A DNA stretch of 63,344 nt, counting the filler, from Folioceros fuciformis (Eukaryota): the NCBI GenBank assembly GCA_049999805.1. It is 31 parts of 31 records of this genome, joined end to end, with 100 filler letters (N's around TTAATTAATTAA, not from the genome) between each part and the next. Parts side by side here need not be neighbours in the genome. Positions count along the whole stretch, not along the records: positions 1 to 2,680 come from JBNGIO010004748.1; positions 2,781 to 4,336 come from JBNGIO010004750.1; positions 4,437 to 5,810 come from JBNGIO010004751.1; positions 5,911 to 8,342 come from JBNGIO010004752.1; positions 8,443 to 9,584 come from JBNGIO010004753.1; 26 more parts are not named here. One strand, 5' to 3'. Positions within the stretch are counted from its first letter, which is position 1; each line of letters starts with the position of its first letter. Below the pieces are notes generated by a model. The model was not told the DNA's origin and ran no database searches. It saw nothing but the letters and a program-made list of their open reading frames with translations. Shown piece after piece: positions 1 to 9,684 of the stretch. A program made the position numbers and the translations under genes.

Positions 1-393
1 ACCCCTGACACTGACATACCCAGATACCTGTTCCTATGTTCAAACCCTTTTTTTATTATTTCATTATTTAATATTATTAGTTAATCATTTAATATTATAG
101 ATCTTTAATTAATATTAAACTAATCACCAGACCTAGACTCAAACTTTCCCAACCCTATGGCCTGGTACCGAACCTAAACCTTCCCAGGTCTGGGACCAAA
201 CCTATACCCACTCTTATAACCAAACCAACTATTTTCTGGTCAATTAATTTAATTAGCACAAAGAAAAATAGGAAAAATAACCAGAAAATAAAGGAAAATT
301 AGGGAAAATAAGTAGAAAAAGAAAACCAAACCATACCACTATTAACCCTTTTTCAACCAAAACAAACTACTACCCCAAACTTTGGAGGTTCAC
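1..393 (-). mobile_element. 5' terminal part of an LTR (family also seen at 52407-52486)
   Basis: 315-393 is the near-exact reverse complement of 52407-52486, which begins TGTGAACCTCCAAAG, a TG-start LTR terminus. Confidence 0.6.
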
Positions 394-440
394 TCACGGT
401 CCCAGCACTTGCAGGATTCAAGCTAACCTTCACTGATCAC

Positions 441-559
441 ATGAAGGAGAAAGACCGTTTTAACAGCCAACGTTACCCTGTATGGCGAGTTTGGATGAAG
501 TTGATCCTTATCGGCCGTGGTGTCTGGAAGATAGTTGATGGAAGCTACCCTAAGCTTGA
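441..559 (+). pseudogene. Ty1/copia gag N-terminal relic, interrupted by an LTR at 560
   Basis: MKEKDRFNSQRYPVW...GVWKIVDGS matches the FK(E/D)KDRFTG...W...LW(E/D)VVDG gag start in the ORFs at 32700-34352, 39223-39825 and 49335-50129. Confidence 0.7.
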
Positions 560-1660
560 TGTGGGGGAAAATATTGTACCCGGGGGTACCGCGAGGTCCA
601 CACAAGCCCTGCATGTCATTGTAGCCGTAGGATTCAATTCCAAGGGAATGATTTGTGTCAAATAACACGGGTTTCTTCTAAAAATCCGTTTTCACCTAGG
701 TCAGGACTTACCTACCTCCGGGTCCACTACCTTCTGGTTCAGCCACCACTACTTCCAAGCACTCAGCTACCTCCTCCAAATCCTACAACCCATAAGGCCT
801 ACTCTACTACCGGGGTAGGGGTGTCTACAGCTACCACCCTTCCAGCTACCGGAGGAGCCTCCACAACCGGTAGCCGATTCCACTCCCGGGGTGGGTCCCA
901 CCTCCAACTTCCAGTTAACACTCGCTAGTCAAGTATCACTCTGTGGTTCTATTCAAGTTCTCGAGCAGCGATTCAAACGTTCCTTATACTCCTCAGGACT
1001 ACACACAACCAGGCAACCTCCCGGTCGTCATAAGCCACACCATTACCTTCACGCGGCACTACACACACATACCCAAAACCACTCATACAGACAGACTCCG
1101 CGGTTACTTCCACACCTGGCAGCCATTGCTATCGTTCAGTAGTCACATAACGCCTTCTCACACCGTTACTCTCGATCAATCCCTCTAGCAATCACACACA
1201 CACACATACACCACGCAACTCACAGTCCCCATTCCACTCTCGGACACCTCTCACAGTCCTTACAACACCCACGGTACATACATAGATCACAGCTACTCCA
1301 CACCCCGAACCCTAAACCCTAAACACACTCTTCGACTCGTTTCTCCTCCAAATCTCCTTCTCCCTCTCATTGATTTAAGGGGTAGCTAGAACGCCAGGGA
1401 ATCAGGGATGCGGTTGGCCGCTTCCACTCTGCAGCTGGCGGATTCGCCCCCTCTTGTTCCCACCACCACACACGATAGGAAGTAACAAGGGTAGTAGGGA
1501 AGCTGACTTCCACTCGGTGAGGATTTTCTCTCCTGATTTGTCCCCGAAACCACTATCGCAAAGCAATGCGACCTCCATACCACCACCTAGGAACGCTGCG
1601 TGCATTGGCCTACCTGGATCTCCCTATCCAACAGCAGTCATCGCTAGGCCCCTCGAGTTT
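560..1660 (-). mobile_element. Athila/Tat-like Ty3/gypsy LTR (3'/U5 end at 560)
   Basis: 560-670 is a reverse-complement homolog of the LTR end at 40735-40848, which precedes a tRNA-Asp PBS; about 1400-1655 resembles about 3440-3680. Confidence 0.7.
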
Positions 1661-1952
1661 GGAATGTTGGTTTTTTTGCTATCTTTCTATTGGATAGATT
1701 AGGTTCGCACCTCGTAATTAGGTTTATATATATATTAGGTATAAAACATATAAATAAATATATTAATGTAGTTTTCGTTTCGAGTAAGTTAGGGTTACAT
1801 GGTAGTTACAACTACAAGATAGTTACTTACCAAGAACTAACTAACCGCTACAACTATGTCTCTCACGCACACACACGCGAGGGTGCTGCTATTGCTGAAT
1901 ATTCATGCCTTGTGCTTGCTGTTAATCAATCTATCGTTCTATAAAAACATCA

Positions 1953-1964
1953 TGGTATCAGAGC
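1953..1964 (+). promoter_or_regulatory. Primer-binding site, tRNA-iMet
   Basis: TGGTATCAGAGC directly after CA. Confidence 0.9.
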
Positions 1965-2358
1965 AGGCCAGGCGTTGCTACGACCCCTGCGCCCTCTAGC
2001 AAGGCGCAAATGCTTCTTGTCACCTTGACAGAAAACCCATGGATCGCACCAACGCCCTGCACACGAGCTAGCAACCCTGGAAATCTGCTGCCATGGGCTA
2101 CCTGAATCTGCAGCAGTGGGTTGAATGGATGATGTTCTTGCGCCCTTTCTTGAACCCAGAGCTTGCATTTCTGATTGAGCGGGCAGTTGAATCAGTCCTG
2201 GCTAGAGAGGAGGTCATGGCCCTGTATCCCAAGCGCTGGTGCTTCTCTGTTCGAATGCGTGCAAGACTCATGCTCAACAAGAAGTTTGCAAGGCGCGTCT
2301 AGCGCTGATCTTGGACCTGCACAGCCAGTAAGCAGTTAGAACTGGTGGGGAATGTTGC

Positions 2359-2680
2359 ATGGCATACCGTCGTAGGAGGAACAGAGGAGCGGAGTCACGA
2401 ACTTACCATCCTGTCCCCCCATATGAGGTCACCAATATTTCCCCTAGTAGACAAGGTCGTCCTGACTGGAGAGATCTTTTAAATAGAATTCCTGAGCTAG
2501 CAATAGCCAATCCTAGTATCCATGCCCATCGTAGGTCACTCCAGAATAGAAACCAGTTTGTTTTGAGAGATCGTGTCACACCACAACGTTTTCCTCAACC
2601 TGCCAGAGAATCAAACGAATCCCTTGCAGTTGCTGTCCACCACTTGACCCAAAGACTTGATAACATTAAGAGTACAGCCC
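2359..2680 (+). CDS. Leader ORF downstream of PBS (basic N-terminus, C-terminal heptad segment), truncated by contig end
   Basis: MAYRRRRNR...LAVAVHHLTQRLDNIK; 107 codons open. Confidence 0.45.
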
Positions 2681-2780
2681 NNNNNNNNNNNNNNNNNNNN
2701 NNNNNNNNNNNNNNNNNNNNNNNNTTAATTAATTAANNNNNNNNNNNNNNNNNNNNNNNNNNNNNNNNNNNNNNNNNNNN
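2681..2780. other. Artificial contig linker N44-TTAATTAATTAA-N44 (first of about 30 in the window)
   Basis: The same 100-nt structure recurs at 4337, 5811, 8343, 9585, 14649, 15894, 19476 and onwards to 58492; the core has stops in all six frames. Confidence 0.97.
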
Positions 2781-2937
2781 AGTTGATCAAGTCCGACCCT
2801 CCATCCACAGCAGTAAGGAACCCCATCCGATGGCTTCTTCGTGGGAACGAAACCCAATGTCTCAACGACAGTGGGATAAGTGTGGCCACTAAAGGTGGAA
2901 CCCGTCGGCAATCAGTGCCCGGGGTTTTGCCTCCACA
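2781..2937 (+). repeat. Copy of a ~270-bp structured dispersed repeat ending GCCTCCACA (probable LTR U5 end)
   Basis: Near-identical to 5911-6046, 10053-10323, 19576-19813 and the reverse complement at 55589-55859. Confidence 0.9.
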
Positions 2938-3700
2938 GCTTCCCTTCCTTGGTTCACCACAAAACCGCCTCACTCACCTCAGGAACAAGCGCACGCACAC
3001 ATGAACAGCAACAATCTGTTGGACGCCTTTCACCCGCGTGATCTCACACCTTAGATACACCCCTTGCGGTCTCAATTCAGCTTCTTCACAGCCTCTCCAG
3101 TCTCATCGCGACTAGTCACACAAACACACCACGTCTCGTTGCCCCCCACACACATTACTCACCTCGCCTCCAGGGTTTCCTCGGCTTTGTTCTCTCTTAC
3201 CCCACTCACCAGTTCTTTGTATACATTCTGCCCGTCTTAGCAGTCGTCGAATCACTTCCACTCCTTCTGGCTTCCTTTTCGCATTCGCTCTTACCCACTA
3301 CTCGGCCACTCGCTCCTCCTCCTTCTCACACACGCGCACTCTCGCGCTCTCCTTTCTCCGGTTCTTCAGTCTTCTTTCTCAGCGATGCCCCTCCTGGGCT
3401 CCTATTAATGTTGAGGAATGGTGAGGTACCGAGGCTAAGGGAAGAGGAGTCCCTTCCACTCCAAACTCGCGGATTTGGCTCCGACACCCGCACCACCTCA
3501 CGTGACCACCTCGAAGATAGCTAGGGAGCTTCTCTCCCACTCGGTGAGTCTCCTCCTCTCGATTCGTCCCCGGACCTGATCACGGAGCGCCCACCACCTA
3601 CACCCGCACCCCAGGTTGCTACGTGCGCTCGCTTGCCTGGACCTCTTGTCCAGCAACAGCCATCGCTAGGTCCCTGCAAGGTCGACTATTCGGCTGGTTC
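2938..3700 (-). mobile_element. Athila/Tat-like gypsy LTR fragment
   Basis: 2938-3205 is a reverse-complement homolog of 40139-40407. Confidence 0.75.
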
Positions 3701-4436
3701 TTGCTGATTTCTTAGGCCTTCAAACCGGCCTCTTGTACACGGTGATGGTGGTTTTTCCCGCCATAAAGTCTGTTAGGCAGGGGAGCTGCGCTCTTAAATT
3801 CTGAGCGACTTAGGTCCAAATAAAGCACGCTAAAAGAATCCTATTCTAGCTTGCATTTACTATCGCCCTTTCCCACGCCGCTGGCGGCTTCCTCCTGGCC
3901 TTCGCACGTCACCCCTTGCTGCTCCTCCTCTCGCTCTTCTGCCCCTCCGTTGGTCCGGCAGATCCTCCCAGAGGATCTCCACATCATTGCTGCTACTGCT
4001 GGACCTGGCTGGCGGCGCAGGTGGGTCCCGCCGCTGTGGTCCACCACTCCTCCTCCTTCTCTGGTTGCTGAGGACAGCCACAGGCCCCCGTTCTTGGCTC
4101 TTTCTTCCGTCAGTTCCTCCAGAACTGCCTCCGCATAGCAGTGGGGTAGTCCTGTCACCCACCAGCTGTAGTGGTAGAGTCCCAGGTGCGTCCTCAACTG
4201 TAGGCCGTAGCCCCGCATCCTTCCCCGTCCTCCCTTGGGCTACCTTGGGTTGCCTGCTCCCCCTCCTGCTGGGGTAACTGAAGGTTCTCTGCCTGCCCAG
4301 CTGTTGCCTCCTCCGGCTCTGTCCTCCTGGTACGGGNNNNNNNNNNNNNNNNNNNNNNNNNNNNNNNNNNNNNNNNNNNNTTAATTAATTAANNNNNNNN
4401 NNNNNNNNNNNNNNNNNNNNNNNNNNNNNNNNNNNN

Positions 4437-5810
4437 CTACGGATTTGATCCCGCCAGCAGCAAGCAGCGTCGATAGCTTGTTGGCGACCGCGTTTTGGCG
4501 ATACTTTGTGGCGTCCGCGCCGCTGCCGTAGCTAAGCCCCAAGCTATCTGTCATGAATAAGACAGGGCAGTGCGGACCCGCTCTTGCCGCCGCAAAGACC
4601 GATTGGAAAGCGGCAGTCGAGAGCAGGCCCTTATTGATGATTAACGTGTTCGCTAACCCAAGGGGAGTGAAACACGGAAGGTCCGTTATNNNNNNNNNNN
4701 NNNNNNNNNNNNNNNNNNNNNNNNNNNNNNNNNNNNNNNNNNNNNNNNNNNNNNNNNNNNNNNNNNNNNNNNNNNNNNNNNNNNNNNNNTGAAGCGATCG
4801 CCGCAAGCGTCCAACTCGTCCTTCACATCGACAGGATCAACGGTGATGTCGCCATCTTCCGGCTGACGGCAACAAATATTAGTAGCGCAGCCATTGATCT
4901 GTGTTGATTCACGTTCAGCACAACTGCTGTCAAAGATGTAGAACTCGCAACCAACACGAAACGCAACATCCCGCCGGGCGGCAAGGTTGATTTCCGTGGC
5001 GTTGCCCCAAACCAGATCGTCAAAACCCGGCGCCTTTCCGCNNNNNNNNNNNNNNNNNNNNNNNNNNNNNNNNNNNNNNNNNNNNNNNNNNNNNNNNNNN
5101 NNNNNNNNNNNNNNNNNNNNNNNNNNNNNNNNNNNNNNNNNTCGACCAGAACCGAACACGTTTGCTTCACAATTCGAGTTCGATCTTGCCCAAGAAGTAA
5201 TTGCAGGCAGCTTTGAGCGGATCATAATAGTTCGTGTTCCGGTAAAGTCGTTGGTGAAGCCACCGTTGATTGCGGCATTGTGCCACTTCAAGCCGACCAA
5301 GGAACTATCGAACGCATCTGCCCCGACGAAATAGGCACCGCCGGACACCCACGCGACCGTCAGCGTGTGATTTTCGAGCGACAATCCGGTAATTGCCAGT
5401 TTCGTGTTTGCCCCGTGCAGTTGACGTCAACAGGAGCTCCGCCGTCGATCGAACAGCNNNNNNNNNNNNNNNNNNNNNNNNNNNNNNNNNNNNNNNNNNN
5501 NNNNNNNNNNNNNNNNNNNNNNNNNNNNNNNNNNNNNNNNNNNNNNNNNNNNNNNNNCTACGGATTTGATCCCGCCAGCAGCAAGCAGCGTCGATAGCTT
5601 GTTGGCGACCGCGTTTTGGCGATACTTTGTGGCGTCCGCGCCGCTGCCGTAGCTAAGCCCCAAGCTATCTGTCATGAATAAGACAGGGCAGTGCGGACCC
5701 GCTCTTGCCGCCGCAAAGACCGATTGGAAAGCGGCAGTCGAGAGCAGGCCCTTATTGATGATTAACGTGTTCGCTAACCCAAGGGGAGTGAAACACGGAA
5801 GGTCCGTTAT
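4437..5810 (-). other. Read-sized scaffold of probable bacterial or phage origin encoding SGNH/GDSL hydrolase-like fragments
   Basis: Four 252-316 bp pieces separated by plain N100 gaps; CpG-rich; minus strand gives VLFMTDSLGLSYGSGA (block I-like) and GLKWHNAAINGG (block II-like); 4437-4689 is identical to 5558-5810. Confidence 0.6.
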
Positions 5811-5910
5811 NNNNNNNNNNNNNNNNNNNNNNNNNNNNNNNNNNNNNNNNNNNNTTAATTAATTAANNNNNNNNNNNNNNNNNNNNNNNNNNNNNNNNNN
5901 NNNNNNNNNN

Positions 5911-6046
5911 CCCTCCATCCACAGCAGCAAGGAACCCCATCGCTCCTTCGTGGGAACGAAACCCAATGTCTCAACGACAGTGGGATAAGTGTGGCCACTA
6001 AAGGTGGAATCCGTCGGCAATCAGTGCCCGGGGTTTTGCCTCCACA
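5911..6046 (+). repeat. Copy of the ~270-bp GCCTCCACA-ending repeat (partial, at contig start)
   Basis: Sequence near-identity with 10188-10323. Confidence 0.9.
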
Positions 6047-8442
6047 TTCACTTAGAGATTCCCAAAAAGAGAAATCCTACCATTTTCCAAGGACCTATTC
6101 AGGATGTGGAGTCCACACACTTGTTTCAAGGTTTGGGAGCAGGCAGTTGCTTGAATATAGTTCCTCCTGATAGGAAGAGAGCAGCGCTGGTTAGGAGCCT
6201 ATGAGCACGTTGGTGACAGTTATAAAACTGTCAATTCAAGAGGAGTTTAGACAGGGTGCTGAAACAGGGCAGGAAAGAAAAGCGAGAGAAGAAGTAGAAG
6301 AAGTTGAAGGCACAGGTAGCGCTGAGGTATAAGAGGCTTTGGATAGCGGCAAACAATCTTTGCTTAAGTGCATGTGGAATCTCACAGAGACCCACAAGTT
6401 CACTGATGAGGAACTTTGCTAGTTTCCAGCGCAAGTTGAGAAGGAGGTGGAGGAGATAAAGGGAGCACTTGCACTGCGCATGGCGGAGAGAACCAAGTTT
6501 TCTGTAGTTGCGCGCAAAGGAAGTGGAGAAATAGCGACTATTGGATACTTGTGCTCCACAAACTTGTTGTATAGAGAAGGTGTGTCTTTTGCTTTTGGCA
6601 TTCTTATAGGCTAGCAATGGGATGCTACTTTTGGAGTTATCTCTAGGCAATACCATCAATTGAAGAAGGGAGAGCAGTAGCCAGGGAAGAGAAGTGTTGG
6701 ATGCAAGATCCTGGATGGACCAAGAAAGGTAGAAGATTACCTCGAGAGGGATTCGCCTAAGAGACGTTCAAGACTTAGTTACTTAGCTGAGAGGGGAAGA
6801 ACTTATTGTACAGGCTTTGCCAGATGGAAGGTTGGTGAGGGTGCGATTATAGGGGATCTATCAGAGTTAGGAGATCTCGTAGGTTGAACTTGATTATTTG
6901 CGTTTGAGTTTGAGCCTATCAAAGGGGATTCAGATGCAGAGGGTAGCAATAGTGAGGAGAACACAACAATGTAGAAATAATTTATATGTTAAGACCAAAC
7001 AAAGTTTTGCTTGCTTCCATAGCAACTATTATGGAGCTGAAGTAAAAAGCTCTTAAGTTAAAATTGTTTGAGCATTCCAGGTTTGAATGGTTTTGTGAGA
7101 AGTTTTGCAGATCAAGCGGAGTACATTAAAGGTGCCATTCTGCAAACAAGGCAGCAGTGAGGAAGGATGTAAAGAGTGAGACATGTCCCAAGCTCGTGGA
7201 AGGAGAATCCTCTTTAGAGTTGAAGTTTTGGGCTCAATCACAGAAAAGTAACAATAAGGAGCTTAAAGAAGAAGAGGAGGACAGTTAAAGAGAGAAGCGG
7301 CAACAAACTTTGAGATGACTCATATTGGGAGGATCCAGACCTTACAGCTAGACTCAATTAGAAATCTTTTGTGAGGACTTGCAGGTGCTTAAGAGACATA
7401 TTTCAAACATAGAAAGCTTGATAGAGTGTTTGAAGAGAAAAGATCGTGAGCATAACTTAGTGTGAAATAGCTCAAGACGCCAAGTCTTTTAGTTGATGTA
7501 CTCCACTTGGTTTCCTTGTTGGTTTGGATATAAACTAGTGTAAGAAATAGGTTGCATTAAAAAGTTCTCAAGTTCCTTAGTTTGAGCTACTTATTGGTAG
7601 GTTTGAAACTTTTCAAAATGAGAAGACTTGTAATCAAAAGTGTTAGGATGACTCGAGCTACTACCAAACAGACATGTTTGTCAACAAAGTGTAACAGTAG
7701 AGACGAGGATGGGGGGGCTGAAAGATTGGTTGAGAGTGCGACTATGGTTACAGGGAAAGATGGAAGATTTAGGAGAGGGGCAGGATGACAGAGATTGATT
7801 AGAAAAGAAGAAAATAGCAAGAAAATGGGGGGGACTCCTACAGCAAGGGATGGTCTGGAGAAAGAGGAGAGAGTTCCACATGCAATGAGTGGACTGGATA
7901 GAAGTGAGAGACAAGAACTCAAGGATACAAAACTTAGTCAGGAATTTGGTAAGAGGCGTAAGGGGTATGAAGGAGTTGGCAAAGGAGGAGAAAAGTTACA
8001 AGTGTCGTATGAGGAATTGAGGCATTTGTGCAAGGAGAGGATTTGTGATTACAGATTGAGAACTTGTGATTGATGTGCAGAATCGGATAGTGAAGGCTGC
8101 TCAAACACAATCGCAACCTAATGGTGTAGATGCAGGGATGAAGTTGATGAGTAGACAAGGAAATCAAATGTAGAGTTTGCCATAAGAAAGAGTTTTTGGA
8201 GTAGAGAAGAAGGGAAGAGGACGAGTAGCGTTACCTATTAAGAGTGGAAAGTATTCGGGACACCCAAAGGCTTTAGTTTCCATTAACCAATTGATGTGTA
8301 TGTTTGACATCGTTAAGTTGCAAGAGTGTGGGGGGGGGGGGGNNNNNNNNNNNNNNNNNNNNNNNNNNNNNNNNNNNNNNNNNNNNTTAATTAATTAANN
8401 NNNNNNNNNNNNNNNNNNNNNNNNNNNNNNNNNNNNNNNNNN

Positions 8443-9584
8443 GCCATCACTCCCAAGGGCCAAGGACACCCTCGCCCACACTTCCTCTTAGTCCCATCAC
8501 TCAATCCCATCAGATCACCAAGGCCAAGGAGCCCTTTGGGTATAAATACCCCAGTATTATTTCCATACTAAGCCGATTCATTCATATCTTCACGAAAAAA
8601 AACACAACTTGTTCATTTTGTTCCTCAAAATGGGAGTCCCAAAATTTTTTTTTCCTCTACATACTCCCCTTCTCATTTGTTGGTGTCCTCGCCAACCTAC
8701 ATATAATATTTCTTCACTCGCCAACCATTAACTCTGGTTGGCAGTGATTGTCCGTTCATCTATTGCAGTTGAATGGAGCCATTGTCAAAAACTTCAGTTA
8801 CCTTGTAGGGCCCCATCCACCTCAGATGTAACTTCCCTGGGAAGTGCATATATCTATTGTCGTACAACAGGGCCAAATCCCCGGGTATCACCCACGCCTA
8901 CTTCCTCAGCTTGCGGTCGTGCCACTCCTTTCTCTTAGCTTGCATCTCCCGCATCGCTTCCAATGCTTGTTCCCTGTCCTCAGTGTGCTTTACGAAACTG
9001 ACCAATCGCTCCAGCTGACTCTCTTCCACTGTCATTCTGTTCTCTCTCTGGATGCGCAAGGTTGGAACTTCGAACTCTACAAGCATCACCGGGTGATGCC
9101 CATAAGTGAGGTAGTGGGGCGTCTTATGAGTCGTAATCCTCTCTGCGGTCCTGCACGCCCATAGTGCTGAGTGGAGTTTGAGATCCTAGTCATAAGCATA
9201 CTCCACTATCAACTTGTTCAGTATCCGGTAGAGGAGCCCATTTGTTTTCTCAGTCAGCCCATTCGCCTTCGGGTTATAAGGGGTAGTCTGCCGATGCTGA
9301 ACGTTGAAGTGATCCGCCAAGTGAGTAATAATCTCATTGACAAAGTGCGTTCCCCTGTCACTCACTAACTCCAGTGGACAGCCATAGCGGGCGATTACCT
9401 CCTCAAACAAGAACTTTGCTACCACATGTGCAGTATCCACATGGAGTGGCTGCGCCTCCACCATCCGTGTGCAGTAGTCCGTTGCGATTAGAATGTACTT
9501 ATTTTGTCGGACTCGGGTTTTCGGCTGAATCGGCCCCACAAAGTTGATTCCCCATTTTTCGAAAGGAGCCAAGGCCAGGATCGG
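8443..9584 (-). mobile_element. Ty3/gypsy (non-chromovirus) integrase, PPT and start of 3' LTR
   Basis: APFEKWGINFVGPI, LVSDRGTHF, NGLTEKTN, GPYKV motifs; PPT GAGAAGGGGAGTA at 8662-8674, then TGTAGAGG at 8661. Confidence 0.9.
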
Positions 9585-9684
9585 NNNNNNNNNNNNNNNN
9601 NNNNNNNNNNNNNNNNNNNNNNNNNNNNTTAATTAATTAANNNNNNNNNNNNNNNNNNNNNNNNNNNNNNNNNNNNNNNNNNNN

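Larger units (their letters stand above)
1665..2680 (+). mobile_element. LTR retrotransposon 5' end (probably Ty1/copia): short LTR 1665-1952, PBS, leader with ORFs
   Basis: AT-rich TGTTGG...CATCA segment immediately followed by TGGTATCAGAGC; gag is not reached before the contig ends. Confidence 0.7.

Noticed and set aside
4437-4689. Exact 253-bp duplication at 5558-5810 as terminal repeats
   Set aside because: Both copies are whole read-sized contigs bounded by Ns; most simply the same contig placed twice
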